64,000 bases of DNA, taken from positions 1,947 to 65,946 of IMG/VR virus record IMGVR_UViG_3300015202_000005, one strand, 5' to 3'. The notes below the pieces were generated by a model. The model searched no databases. It was given only the letters and a program-made list of their open reading frames with translations, and was not told the DNA's origin. This document shows, in pieces, positions 26,946 through 37,942 of the stretch. The first letter of the stretch is position 1; every line of letters begins with the position of its first letter. The translations under genes were made by a program, and so were the position numbers. This stretch comes from a virus.

Positions 26946-27395
26946 ATGGGGTTACTAAATTTAGTGAACAAACCAATATTTGAACAACCAATAAAAAAGA
27001 TTGAACATAGTAAACTAATACTGTCAATCGAACAGATTAAACAGTTGAAGAAAGTACTAGACAATTATAGATTGTTTAGTAATATGTCCTATTATTCTTC
27101 TATTATTAAAATAACAGAAGATGCACTAAATACTAGTGGATTAATGCAAGCCTTAAATACTAGTGGGATAAAACTAATACAAACATCTGAACTTACACAT
27201 CAAATTATACTTGAATTTAAAAATAAAATACTTGTATATATTTATTGTAATAGTATTAAAGACAAGTTTATAGTTACAGTTAAAACTGATAACTACGACG
27301 AAATCAATGATATTGAAGATGAAAGTGTAGTATTTGAAAAGGAGTATGTAAATCCGTTTATAATATCACAAAACTATAAAAGAATAAAAAAATGA
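26946..27395 (+). CDS. hypothetical protein
   Basis: 149 aa, ATGA-coupled to the helicase. Confidence 0.6.
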   Translation: MGLLNLVNKPIFEQPIKKIEHSKLILSIEQIKQLKKVLDNYRLFSNMSYYSSIIKITEDALNTSGLMQALNTSGIKLIQTSELTHQIILEFKNKILVYIYCNSIKDKFIVTVKTDNYDEINDIEDESVVFEKEYVNPFIISQNYKRIKK

Positions 27396-28894
27396 CAAAA
27401 ATACAATATAATACTGAACAAATAAATCTACTAAACTCAGTAGATGTTTTTTTAGCAACCAACAGTGTGGAATTTTCCATACGAGGAATTGGCGGTTCTG
27501 GTAAAACAGAAATGATTAAAGCTATAATTGATAAATACAACAATGTTGGTATTTGTGCTATGACACATAAAGCCAGAACTGTACTTGAAGAACGTACAGG
27601 AAAAGTAGCTAGAACAGCTCAATCAATTCATGGTTTTAAAGCCGACGCTGATTTATTAGATATTAACCCTAATAAATTATCATTTATTAAAACAGGAAAA
27701 CCTGCTTATGATGGTATAAAAATAATGATATACGACGAGATGTCAGCTTGTCAAAAAGTACTGTATGATATAATCATTGAAGATGCAATAGAGTATAATG
27801 TAAAATGTATATTCGTTGGAGACGAATATCAACTACCTCCAATTAAAGAGAAACAAGATAAGAACGATAATTACCATATTTCACACGCTTTAAGGTCTGT
27901 TGATAATGCTTGTTTAACCGTTCCTATTAGACAGGCTATTACTAACCCGATATCCTACTTACTTGCAGCACTTCGACACGATATTTCAGTTCGTGTTGTT
28001 GGTGTACAACTATTAGATACTGTATTTAATTTAACACAACAATTCAACCTAAAAGTTACATATGAAGAATTATACGACAACAGCAATGGACTGTTTAAGT
28101 ACTTGTTATTTAAAAGTCCTATAAACTACACAGCAAATAAAGAAGGTTATTTGAAACTATCAGATTTTGATAAATTTCAAAACAATATAGTTAAAGCATA
28201 TGACAACGATATAAATACTAAGTATCTAGCTTATACTAATGATACTATTAAAAAAGCTAACAACTTTATACATAGAAATATTGGATTAATAGATATGTTA
28301 AATATTAATGATGTACTGTTATGTTATAGAACTATAACAAATCAGGATAAAACTTCACTATTTTCAAATAGTGAAGAATATAGAGTAACTGATGTTAGAG
28401 ATGATACAGTTACACTAATAGATACTAACAAGATACCTTATTACTTTGAAACATATGAAGTAGTTTTGACTAAAAACAGCACCGCAGCCAAGAATCCGAT
28501 TTTTCACAAAATTTCGTTTATAAAACCTGAATCTTACGAGGCATATATGTCCTACGTCTGTTCTTGTGTCTTGTACGCCACTAAGAATGGTGGAAGGCAG
28601 TATTGGGCAAAGTATTATAATTTTGTCTCCAGTTACCTTATAATGGATAATATGGAATCGGTGAAATTTAAAACTAAATTTCAAAGTAAGGATTTGCGTA
28701 CTAAAGACTTTGACTACGCATATGCACAAACCACACATAAGGCACAAGGTTCAACATACAAGAACATTATAGTAGATGTAAAAGATATGGAGATTTGCCT
28801 TAAATATGCAAGTACTGAAAATGAAGTAAATTATTATAAACTAATTTATACAGCTTTAAGTCGTGCTAGTAATAGCGCAATAATATATTGCTAA
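27392..28894 (+). CDS. Dda/RecD-like SF1B helicase
   Basis: GIGGSGKT, YDEMS, VGDEYQLPP, YAQTTHKAQGSTY, YTALSRA. Confidence 0.92.
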   Translation: MTKIQYNTEQINLLNSVDVFLATNSVEFSIRGIGGSGKTEMIKAIIDKYNNVGICAMTHKARTVLEERTGKVARTAQSIHGFKADADLLDINPNKLSFIKTGKPAYDGIKIMIYDEMSACQKVLYDIIIEDAIEYNVKCIFVGDEYQLPPIKEKQDKNDNYHISHALRSVDNACLTVPIRQAITNPISYLLAALRHDISVRVVGVQLLDTVFNLTQQFNLKVTYEELYDNSNGLFKYLLFKSPINYTANKEGYLKLSDFDKFQNNIVKAYDNDINTKYLAYTNDTIKKANNFIHRNIGLIDMLNINDVLLCYRTITNQDKTSLFSNSEEYRVTDVRDDTVTLIDTNKIPYYFETYEVVLTKNSTAAKNPIFHKISFIKPESYEAYMSYVCSCVLYATKNGGRQYWAKYYNFVSSYLIMDNMESVKFKTKFQSKDLRTKDFDYAYAQTTHKAQGSTYKNIIVDVKDMEICLKYASTENEVNYYKLIYTALSRASNSAIIYC

Positions 28895-28972
28895 TGATAA
28901 TATCTGTTAACAAGATTAACTACGTTAAAGGAAATAAAAAAAAAATTAAAATATTAAATAAAGATACTTAGT

Positions 28973-29893
28973 ATGAAGGTTTACCCAATCGTTCTTTTCG
29001 CTTACAATAAGTATGAACTAACAAACAGAGTATTATCAGCCCTTTCTAATAATACATTAGCTAAGGATTCTGATTTAATCGTTTTCTTGGATGTGCCTAT
29101 TGTAAGTGATTTAATTAAAACGAAGCAGTTGCACGATTTAATTATGAGTTACGCAAAAAAATTTAAATCATTAACAATAAATCAAAGAGACCATAATTTT
29201 GGTCTTTTCGGTAATATTACTTCTGGGATAACAGAAGTGTTGAACAACCACGCCGCCTGCATAGTTTTAGAGGATGACATAATAACGTCACCCTTTTTCC
29301 TAAAATATATGAACGACGGATTATTGTTTTATAAAAATAACAAAGATGTATTTTCGCTGTCGTCCTTAAACTTTTTTACAGGTACAGTTGGGGAGACCTT
29401 CTTTTCCGAAATTGCAGACTGTTGGGGGTTCGCAATATGGAAACGCTCTTGGGATTTAATTGATTTTGATGCTCAAGAATTATTAAACAAAATTAATTCA
29501 CGAGAACCATTTGGGAATTATATTTTTTTTGATATTGACCTAAATGTAGGTAATACGTATGATTGGTATAAACTTCTGGAAGACACCGCGAACGGTGTTA
29601 AAAACTCTTGGGCTGTATGTATGCACGCAAGTGCTATACTTTATAAAATGTTATCACTGTATCCTGGTGTTTGTTTGTCTCAACATATCGGAGACCCTAA
29701 TTCTGAAAACGGTCAATCTACTATAAAATTTAAAGTGTCGTTCAGACCTATTTCCGTAACCTCGCAGGAGGTTATAGTTTATGAACACAACAGAAGTAAA
29801 ATTAGAGAGGCGTACAGAAAAGAAAATTCTATTTTCTCAAAAATTAAAAGAAGGTTACACAAAATATTTAAACAGGTTTCTTTACATTATTAA
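28973..29893 (+). CDS. glycosyltransferase, family 2-like
   Basis: PIVLFAYN, NFGLFGNITSGI, IVLEDD, CWGFAIWKRSW. Confidence 0.85.
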   Translation: MKVYPIVLFAYNKYELTNRVLSALSNNTLAKDSDLIVFLDVPIVSDLIKTKQLHDLIMSYAKKFKSLTINQRDHNFGLFGNITSGITEVLNNHAACIVLEDDIITSPFFLKYMNDGLLFYKNNKDVFSLSSLNFFTGTVGETFFSEIADCWGFAIWKRSWDLIDFDAQELLNKINSREPFGNYIFFDIDLNVGNTYDWYKLLEDTANGVKNSWAVCMHASAILYKMLSLYPGVCLSQHIGDPNSENGQSTIKFKVSFRPISVTSQEVIVYEHNRSKIREAYRKENSIFSKIKRRLHKIFKQVSLHY

Positions 29894-30047
29894 ATTTCCT
29901 TTTGTGTACATAATAGTATTAACAGAAGTAGATTATCAAAGTGCTGTTCAATCTCCTTTAAAATTCGATGATTGGTTAATAGAAGAAAGAAAAACTAAAA
30001 ATAGTATTCCTATTAATAAATATCTAATGAATTATTCTTTAAATTAA
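29781..30047 (+). CDS. small hypothetical protein (start uncertain)
   Basis: The frame overlaps the GT 3' end; the real start is probably after 29893. Confidence 0.35.
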   Translation: MNTTEVKLERRTEKKILFSQKLKEGYTKYLNRFLYIIKFPFVYIIVLTEVDYQSAVQSPLKFDDWLIEERKTKNSIPINKYLMNYSLN

Positions 30048-30053
30048 AAAAAC

Positions 30054-30854
30054 ATGATAGAATTTGAATACGAAGACTTTGTAGTTAATATACAGGAACA
30101 TATAAATGCTTCTGATAGTATTAAAGCAAATACAAAAATACATAATTATGAAAACTCGTTGAATAACAAGTTATACTTAGTTAGTATTACATCATACGAA
30201 GATTTAGTACATACTAAATTTAGCTATGGATTAAAAGAATCTAAAATACACGCTAAAAAAATAATACTAGATGAATTGTCTAATATTCATCTAGAAGAAA
30301 TGGATGGCTATTTCTTTAATATAAGACAGTATTCTTGGACAGATTCTCCAAGAGAAGGAAGAGAAGATAGCAAGTTAGCTATTTATCATAAAAAATATAA
30401 CTTTGTAAATGAAACAGAATTTAACACAGATAATTATGATTCATGGCGTGAATTAAAACAAGCATTTATAGCTGATGCTCCAATAGCTGTTATACTACCA
30501 GTTTATATGTATGAACATTCAGGTTATGTATTTTCTACTACACCATTTGGTTGCAATTTTGACAGTGGTAAAGTAGGTTATATTTTTATGACTAAAAGTA
30601 AAGCATATGAAATTTTTAAATGCAAAAGATTATCAAAATCGTTAATAGCTAAAATTAATGAATGGTTAATATCGGATTTAAGTGATTATTCTTATTGGTG
30701 TAATAACGATGTATATGATTATATTTTAGTAGATAAAGATTATAATATAGTTCGTAACTTTGCAGATGGTAATATATATGGATATTCTGAGACTATTGAT
30801 GATATTAAAAAAACAATAAATGATTTATCTATTAGCAAAAAATGCGGAGGTTAA
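30054..30854 (+). CDS. conserved phage protein of unknown function
   Basis: LPVYMYEHSG...FDSGKVGYI motif. Confidence 0.7.
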   Translation: MIEFEYEDFVVNIQEHINASDSIKANTKIHNYENSLNNKLYLVSITSYEDLVHTKFSYGLKESKIHAKKIILDELSNIHLEEMDGYFFNIRQYSWTDSPREGREDSKLAIYHKKYNFVNETEFNTDNYDSWRELKQAFIADAPIAVILPVYMYEHSGYVFSTTPFGCNFDSGKVGYIFMTKSKAYEIFKCKRLSKSLIAKINEWLISDLSDYSYWCNNDVYDYILVDKDYNIVRNFADGNIYGYSETIDDIKKTINDLSISKKCGG

Positions 30855-33099
30855 TAGCATTTATCAAATTTTAGAACAAGATGAATTCTTAAATGTTTTA
30901 AAATTAGAAATTAGTAAAGTGTCTAACGTAATGTTAGACACTGAAACTAACGGATTAGATGCACATAAGAATAGGATACTACTTATAAGTATTGGTGCTG
31001 GTAATAATCAATTTGTAATTGATTGTTCGACTACTGACAATATTACAGTAGTTACAGCTCTTTCCTATTTACAGGGAAACACTAAACTAATAATAGGACA
31101 CAATATAAAGTTTGATTATAAAATGATAGCAATAAACTATCAAGTTAGATTAAACAAAGTATGGGATACTATGTTAGTAGAACAAGTGTTAAATAGAGGT
31201 AATGGTGTATCAACAGATAATCCATTAGGTATATTATTTTCTCTTGAAGAAACAACTACTAGGTATGTTAAAACAGCAGTGTTTTATAAAGACATACGTA
31301 AGGAATTTATAGGTGTAGATATAGAACGTTATAAAATTAAAGTTGAACATATTACTTATGCAGCTTATGATGTTGTACATCTTGAAACTATAAAGACTAA
31401 ACAGCTTGTTAAATTAGAACAATACAAATTACTATGGTATGTTAAAACAATAGCTAATCCTTTGTTAAAAGTAGCAGCTGAAATAGAACTAGCAGGTTTT
31501 TATTTAGATAAAAATGCTTGGAATAAAAATACTAGAAATAATGAAGTGTTGTCACATAACTTGCAACTAGAACTAGACAACTATGTACGATATGAAAAGA
31601 ATAAAGGAAATGCAAGTCTAAAGCTAAATTTTAGCAGCTTTAAATATAACAAAGAAAGGATATTTAAAGTAGAAACTAATGTAACAGATTTATTTGGTAA
31701 TACTACAATTGATAGTTTAACTTTAAATAGTCAATTAGTTAATTGGAAATCAATTGATGACATTATAGAAATTTATGCTAAGTTTAATCAGCTTCTCCCT
31801 GTAAAGCAGAAACTAAAGTTAATTTACAAAATACCGACATTCAAACAAGTATTACTAAAAGGTCGTCTAACTACTAAGTTAGACAAACTAGACAAAGATA
31901 ATACTTATACTACTAACAGTAATGAATTAGAACAATACATACTTTTATATAAAGATATACCACAATATGAAATCGGTGTAAACATTGCTATTCTTTTATT
32001 AAAACTAAGAACAGCAGAACACAGTGTTACATCATTTGGTGATTCTTTTATTAATAAAGTAAATACTGTTACTAATAACATTCATACACTGTTTAGAACA
32101 GAAACAGCTATTACTGGTAGACTACAATCAGGTGGAGGAAAACACGATAAAGAATGTGTAAATTTCCAAAATCTACCACGAGACCCTTCATTTAGAACAC
32201 CGTTTACAGTGGAAAACCCGCTAACCCATAATATTTTAACAATTGATTTAGCTGGCGCAGAAGTAGTTATTATGTGTGATAAAGCACATGACATTAAACT
32301 ATACAAATGGGCAGTAGAACAAGATGATGCTCACAGTCCTATTGCTACTAAATGTTGGCGTATGATATTTCTATATAGAGCAGGCCTAGCAAACTCTAGT
32401 TGGAAAACAGCAGAACAAATGATAGCTTGTGAAAACAAGCTACAAACACTATTTAATATTAAACACAGTAAGATTCCTGATGTAATTTTTAACTACAATT
32501 TATACTGTACATTTCTTATTGATAAACACAATAATAAAAGTATGCGTACAGATTTTAAACCTATTACATTTGGAACTGTATATGGTATGTATCCTAATAA
32601 ATGTGCTAGAAGTTTGAACATTAAAGTAGAAGAAGCTAAAGTAGTTTTAACTACTATTAAAACAACAATACCTGATACATTTAAAATGGTAGAAGATAAT
32701 GTAAACTTTGCATTATCAAATGGTTTTCTTAAACTAAATGATAGAAGTAATAATATTATACATTTTAAAGAAGTTAAAGATGCTATACTATTAGGTAAAA
32801 AAATTGAATACGATTTAGAAGTTAAAGTTACTGGAATAGCAAGAAATGCGCCAATTCAAGGAACTCAAGCAGACATGATTAAAGAAGCATTAATTGCTGT
32901 ACATTCTTATAATGTACACAATAAATTAGATTCACAAATTTTAAATACAGTACATGATGAATTAGTTATTAAATTTAATGTAAATATACCTGATTATGGA
33001 GAAGCAATTAAGAAATTAATGTGTGATACTTGTAATCAATATCTTAACTATTATAAAATATCAGCTGATTATCATGTTGCTAAAACATGGGTAAAATAA
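30820..33099 (+). CDS. polA: family A DNA polymerase with 3'-5' exonuclease
   Basis: LDTET, GHNIKFD, YAAYDV, TGRLQS, NFQNLP, motif A DLAGAE, motif B KPITFGTVYG, NAPIQGTQAD, motif C VHDEL. Confidence 0.95.
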   Translation: MIYLLAKNAEVNSIYQILEQDEFLNVLKLEISKVSNVMLDTETNGLDAHKNRILLISIGAGNNQFVIDCSTTDNITVVTALSYLQGNTKLIIGHNIKFDYKMIAINYQVRLNKVWDTMLVEQVLNRGNGVSTDNPLGILFSLEETTTRYVKTAVFYKDIRKEFIGVDIERYKIKVEHITYAAYDVVHLETIKTKQLVKLEQYKLLWYVKTIANPLLKVAAEIELAGFYLDKNAWNKNTRNNEVLSHNLQLELDNYVRYEKNKGNASLKLNFSSFKYNKERIFKVETNVTDLFGNTTIDSLTLNSQLVNWKSIDDIIEIYAKFNQLLPVKQKLKLIYKIPTFKQVLLKGRLTTKLDKLDKDNTYTTNSNELEQYILLYKDIPQYEIGVNIAILLLKLRTAEHSVTSFGDSFINKVNTVTNNIHTLFRTETAITGRLQSGGGKHDKECVNFQNLPRDPSFRTPFTVENPLTHNILTIDLAGAEVVIMCDKAHDIKLYKWAVEQDDAHSPIATKCWRMIFLYRAGLANSSWKTAEQMIACENKLQTLFNIKHSKIPDVIFNYNLYCTFLIDKHNNKSMRTDFKPITFGTVYGMYPNKCARSLNIKVEEAKVVLTTIKTTIPDTFKMVEDNVNFALSNGFLKLNDRSNNIIHFKEVKDAILLGKKIEYDLEVKVTGIARNAPIQGTQADMIKEALIAVHSYNVHNKLDSQILNTVHDELVIKFNVNIPDYGEAIKKLMCDTCNQYLNYYKISADYHVAKTWVK

Positions 33100-33112
33100 T
33101 AAATAATAAACA

Positions 33113-33463
33113 ATGACAAGAACAGAATTTTTGATAAAGATTAAAGAATTAGATTCTAAATTAGAATCTAATATAAGTACTCTAAGAAAAGAATACTACA
33201 AAAATTTTGCTAATATCGACCAAGACAATTCTTTAGAAATTGAAAATACAAAAAAAGAATTTATTAATGCAGAAAAAATTGTAAGTATTGATGACATTGT
33301 ATTTGGTAAAAATAATTACATAATAAAAGCAATTTCAGTTAGAAATAACGGAACACTTCTTTATGATTTATTTGAGTTACAAAAAAACAATGTTAAAACA
33401 ATAGGTAAAAAGATGGTAATAACAGAAGAAGAATTATTAATTTTATTAAAAACTAAAGAATGA
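33113..33463 (+). CDS. hypothetical protein
   Basis: 116-aa ORF in operon. Confidence 0.6.
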   Translation: MTRTEFLIKIKELDSKLESNISTLRKEYYKNFANIDQDNSLEIENTKKEFINAEKIVSIDDIVFGKNNYIIKAISVRNNGTLLYDLFELQKNNVKTIGKKMVITEEELLILLKTKE

Positions 33464-33879
33464 ATACTGTAATAAAAAACAATTACGTAAAATATGATAG
33501 ATTATTAGAACTATTTAATTTTACAGAAGAAAGAGAAAAAAGAGGATTATTTGACTTTAAACTATTTTCAAGAAATGGTACTCAAGTAATATATAATATT
33601 AAAGAAGTTACCTGTGGTAGCACTTGTTGTATTGTAGGTAATGTATCATTACTTTTTCCAAAGTTAAAATTACTAACAAAACAAAATTTAAACAATAGAG
33701 AAAATATAGGAAGAATATGTAAATTTTTATTTATTAATCCTGATATGTATGCTTGTTTATTTTATGGAAGTTCGTATCTTGATTTTGATGTTGAATGGAT
33801 AGAACTAGAGTCTAGCTTTCCTGTTATAAAAGAAAGGTATTTGAGAGCAATAGAACTGTTTAATAACAAGCCAGCATGA
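33460..33879 (+). CDS. hypothetical protein
   Basis: 139 aa, CGSTCCIVG motif. Confidence 0.65.
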   Translation: MNTVIKNNYVKYDRLLELFNFTEEREKRGLFDFKLFSRNGTQVIYNIKEVTCGSTCCIVGNVSLLFPKLKLLTKQNLNNRENIGRICKFLFINPDMYACLFYGSSYLDFDVEWIELESSFPVIKERYLRAIELFNNKPA

Positions 33880-35345
33880 CTAAATCAGAAAGAATAGAAA
33901 TAGGTATTGAAAAATGGAGAATTAACAAAGGTTTAGGTGGTTTAAAATGGCCAACAGGATTTGGTAAAACTACTGGAGCACTTAACATAGTAAAAAATAT
34001 GGTTAATAAAAATCCAGAATTACGTGTACTTATACTAGTTCATTCAACTACTTTAAAAGACCAATGGTCTGATAAAATAGAAGAACTTGGATTAAGTAAA
34101 CATTGTAAAGTAAGAACAATACAAAAAATTCAGATGATGCAGAAAAGAATACAACGAACGTACTCTTTTCATTTACTAATTATTGATGAAGTAGATGAAT
34201 TCTACTCACAAGATAGAAGTAACAGTTGGAACAGTAATTGGATAAGATATAAATACTGTTTGTGGCTATCAGCTACACCTGAAACTAAAGATAATAGACA
34301 TTTAGAAATGTTTAAAATACTTCCTATTGTAGATGAAATTACAAGAGATGAGGCATTGCATAATAAATGGATAGAAGAATTTAGAGAGTTTAATTTAGCT
34401 GTACCGTTTACAACTAAAGAAAAAGATGCGTATATTAAATATAGTGAAGAGATTACAAATCTCTTAGCTAAGTTTCAAAGCAACTTTGCAATAGCTGCTA
34501 AATGTTTAGGTTATATTGAAAAAGGTAAACATATAGCAGCTTATACAGCAAGTACTCATTGGGCTAGACAAATGGGTTGGAGTTCAGATATCGAACTAAT
34601 AACTAAATCGCCTAAACAGCCTTTTGTTAAAAAGGAAACATATGATACTTATATTGCAATAAACGAAACTTGGCATCCTAGTAAAATACTAGGATATGCA
34701 GCTAGATTAATGAAATATACTAAAGAACGTAAAAAACTATGCTATTATGCAACAAATAAACTAAAAGTTATTGAAAGTATAATAGAAAATCAAAACAAGA
34801 AAACTATTGTATTTAATGAAGCTACTGAAGTATGTGATAATCTGTATTCCAAATTAAAGGAATCATACAATGTTGGAATTTATCATTCTAATATAAAATC
34901 ACAAGCTATGTATAGAAATGTAGACAACGAAGCTACATTAAAAAATACAGGAGAATTTGTTTTGACAAAAAACACATCTAAAAGTTTTAATGTACCTAAA
35001 ATGTATAGCACTAAATGGATTAATAAAATGAATCTTGAAGCCTTTGCTAATAATGAATTATCTGTATTAATTGCAGGTAAAGGATTAGATAAAGGTTTAG
35101 ATATTCCTGATATAACATTAGCTATTATTGCATCATACAACTCTACATTAACCCAATATATTCAAAGACTAGGCAGGATTACTCGTATTAATATTGATAA
35201 ACCTGAACCTGTTATTGTTGTAAACTTATATGTACCAGACACTATTGAACATAGTACATTAAGATATAACAACAAAGGATATTGGATAGATAGTTATAAA
35301 GAGATAAAATTAGATTACACACCGCCATTTTCACTATTGTTTTAA
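33876..35345 (+). CDS. SF2 helicase
   Basis: PTGFGKT, IIDEVD, LSATP, KGLDIPD, YIQRLGRITR. Confidence 0.92.
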   Translation: MTKSERIEIGIEKWRINKGLGGLKWPTGFGKTTGALNIVKNMVNKNPELRVLILVHSTTLKDQWSDKIEELGLSKHCKVRTIQKIQMMQKRIQRTYSFHLLIIDEVDEFYSQDRSNSWNSNWIRYKYCLWLSATPETKDNRHLEMFKILPIVDEITRDEALHNKWIEEFREFNLAVPFTTKEKDAYIKYSEEITNLLAKFQSNFAIAAKCLGYIEKGKHIAAYTASTHWARQMGWSSDIELITKSPKQPFVKKETYDTYIAINETWHPSKILGYAARLMKYTKERKKLCYYATNKLKVIESIIENQNKKTIVFNEATEVCDNLYSKLKESYNVGIYHSNIKSQAMYRNVDNEATLKNTGEFVLTKNTSKSFNVPKMYSTKWINKMNLEAFANNELSVLIAGKGLDKGLDIPDITLAIIASYNSTLTQYIQRLGRITRINIDKPEPVIVVNLYVPDTIEHSTLRYNNKGYWIDSYKEIKLDYTPPFSLLF

Positions 35346-35347
35346 TT

Positions 35348-35926
35348 ATGGAAATACAACAGCAAATTAATCTGTTAATTAAATATGAAATTGATGAACG
35401 TCAATTATTGTTTCTTAATATATTATACAACTTTTCTATTAATGAAAAATTAAATAATATAGACACATTAATAAATCATCTTGGAGTTTCCTCTTTACAG
35501 GGAAACAGGAAAGTATTAAGTTCGTTACAACAACGTAACGACCTTATAGAAAAAGGCTTACTTAGAGCTAATACAATAACTAACAGTTATTCGTTAACTG
35601 ATTTATTCATTAGTGAACTAGAAAATAAGCGAGAATTAATACAAGACATCTGGGATATATACCCAGACTTTGGACTTATTAAAGGTGTGAAAATTCCACT
35701 AAAAAACGCTAATAAAGAAGAAGTAGGAAAAATTTATCTTAAGAATATTAAAAGTTCAAGAAAAGAACACTTAGAAGTAATTAAAGATATTCAATATACT
35801 CTTGTTAATGAACCTATTGTTTTAAATATAAAGAACTTTATAGTATCTGAACTATATTTATCTTATCGTAAACAAAGAGAAGATAAACCTACTACTAATA
35901 TATTAGTAAACGACGAAGATTTATGA
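35348..35926 (+). CDS. hypothetical protein upstream of the replicative helicase
   Basis: 192 aa, IWDIYP motif. Confidence 0.65.
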   Translation: MEIQQQINLLIKYEIDERQLLFLNILYNFSINEKLNNIDTLINHLGVSSLQGNRKVLSSLQQRNDLIEKGLLRANTITNSYSLTDLFISELENKRELIQDIWDIYPDFGLIKGVKIPLKNANKEEVGKIYLKNIKSSRKEHLEVIKDIQYTLVNEPIVLNIKNFIVSELYLSYRKQREDKPTTNILVNDEDL

Positions 35927-37134
35927 GCAATCCAAGATTACAACCAATACTATTTAATATAGGTACAAAACATGCTATAAATTCAATAAAAGAAGAAGCA
36001 TCTGGTAAACAGTTAGGAATGTACAGTAGATACGAACCTTTTAATAGAATCTTTACTAAGTATTTTAGATATGATAGAATACTACTAATTGGTGGTAACA
36101 GTAGTGGCGGTAAATCTTACTTAAAGTCTAAGCTAAAGCTAGACTTTACAGATACTCAAGATTTAATACTTCCTATTGATAAAACTAAAACTAAATTAAT
36201 AGAACAACTTACAACAATAGGTGAATTCTATTTAGATGGTGATAATTTAGTAAAACCATCAATTAATAGTAAATATCATAAACCTGTATTGTTTATAGAT
36301 TTTTCATTTGAAATGTCTATTGAATCAGAAATGCACAGACTAATATCAATCTATACAGGATATAATACAGAATACTTAAAGTCATCATTAATGATAAATG
36401 GTAAGTATGAAACTATTAAAGACGAATCAGTTGAATTTATAGAAAGTTTGTTAACTGGATTAACTAAACAAAAACAACACTCTATTATAACATTTAATAG
36501 AGCAGGTACAGCATTAGAAATTCAAGAGGTTATCTTACATTTTGCAAAGATATTTCCTGAACATCAAATTATATCATCTATTGACCATTCGTTATTAACT
36601 AAAAGACACGACGAACGTTCAGATTTAGAATTACAAAATAACTTAATTAAAACTAGTATAGATACAAAGGCAATGCTAGGTGATAGATTAATGCAAATAA
36701 TATTACTACAAATGAATAGTGATATTGAAGACGACAATAGACGTACTAAACCAGCACTACATTATCCTATACAAGCAGATTTGTATATGGGTGGACAAAT
36801 GTTTCAAGGGGCTGATAATGTACTTGTTTTGTATAGTCCTAGTAAAGCACACATAGAATACTATGGCACAACAAAAACACCAACCGTTGTATTAGATAGT
36901 CAAGTTAAAAACTTAATAGAATCTAGTGTACCTGATTTAAAAAGAAAGCTAATACACGCCTCTATTATAAAAAATAGAGATGGCGATTTAGGTCAGACAT
37001 GGTTTCTTAATGATTTACGTAAAGGTAAAATAACACCTATCCGTAGAGAAGTTATTAGTGAAGATAATCACTACATATTTAGTGAACGACCTAATTATTT
37101 AGATTATATAAAATATAAAAGGTTAGGTTATTAG
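35923..37134 (+). CDS. DnaB-like (SF4) replicative helicase
   Basis: GGNSSGGKS, FSFEMS, SIDHSLL, LLQMN, ADNVLVL, IIKNRDG. Confidence 0.85.
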   Translation: MSNPRLQPILFNIGTKHAINSIKEEASGKQLGMYSRYEPFNRIFTKYFRYDRILLIGGNSSGGKSYLKSKLKLDFTDTQDLILPIDKTKTKLIEQLTTIGEFYLDGDNLVKPSINSKYHKPVLFIDFSFEMSIESEMHRLISIYTGYNTEYLKSSLMINGKYETIKDESVEFIESLLTGLTKQKQHSIITFNRAGTALEIQEVILHFAKIFPEHQIISSIDHSLLTKRHDERSDLELQNNLIKTSIDTKAMLGDRLMQIILLQMNSDIEDDNRRTKPALHYPIQADLYMGGQMFQGADNVLVLYSPSKAHIEYYGTTKTPTVVLDSQVKNLIESSVPDLKRKLIHASIIKNRDGDLGQTWFLNDLRKGKITPIRREVISEDNHYIFSERPNYLDYIKYKRLGY

Positions 37135-37153
37135 AAAATATAATAGTAAATTT

Positions 37154-37942
37154 GTGACAATGGAAAGAAACGATAATAAAGGATTAGCTAACGTCGAAAC
37201 ACATATAACAGCATTTACTGATTTTGGGAATATGAACGCCCTTATCGAGTACTGTAAGCCCTTATGTGGAAGCGGATTACATGATGGCACTCCAGCTGAA
37301 CTAGCAAGTAAAGTCTTGTTCGCTTGTGGCTTAGGCATCAAACCTGAAAGAGTTTTTGCAATAGCTAAACGTTTGATGATTATAAAAAATCAAATAGTCG
37401 CAGACGTTCAGTTAATGCAAGCATTAGTAAGAAAAGCAAACATAAAGTATGAAACAATAGAAGATGGTATTCAACTATTTCAATATACTGGAAACATAGA
37501 GTTTGCAAAAGATGGGACAATCCTAAAACAAGGTATTACGTTATCACATGATGAATGTTATAACAATCCTAAAATAGCGATTTACTTTACACCAGGACAT
37601 TATACAAGTAATATTCAATCTGACTTAGATAAAGGTGTATTGTCAGTTATTAGGAATAAAGCGTTCTATGACATTAGAACAAAAATTAAGTTTACAAGAA
37701 TTGTAGGCAATTCTAGTATAATAGAATATGGTATATTTTCTTATAACGATGCAGTGTCAATGGAATTAACAACTAAAGATAATTGGAAAAAGATGCCTAG
37801 ACAAATGTTGTATGCTAGAGCATCATCACTAGGTATAAGAAGAATTGCACCAGATGTTGTTAATGGTTTGTACACACTAGATGAAATGAATCCTGATATA
37901 TCATATCAGGAGAAAGAATATACAAGTCACGAAGACTTGTAA
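37154..37942 (+). CDS. RecT/Redbeta-like ssDNA annealing protein
   Basis: NWKKMPRQMLYARA...RRIAPDVVNGLYTLDEM. Confidence 0.75.
   Translation: MTMERNDNKGLANVETHITAFTDFGNMNALIEYCKPLCGSGLHDGTPAELASKVLFACGLGIKPERVFAIAKRLMIIKNQIVADVQLMQALVRKANIKYETIEDGIQLFQYTGNIEFAKDGTILKQGITLSHDECYNNPKIAIYFTPGHYTSNIQSDLDKGVLSVIRNKAFYDIRTKIKFTRIVGNSSIIEYGIFSYNDAVSMELTTKDNWKKMPRQMLYARASSLGIRRIAPDVVNGLYTLDEMNPDISYQEKEYTSHEDL

Noticed and set aside
6513-33099. Inteins or group I introns in MCP, portal, TerL or PolA
   Set aside because: Lengths are ordinary, frames are continuous, and no C-terminal HN|C/S/T or LAGLIDADG blocks were seen
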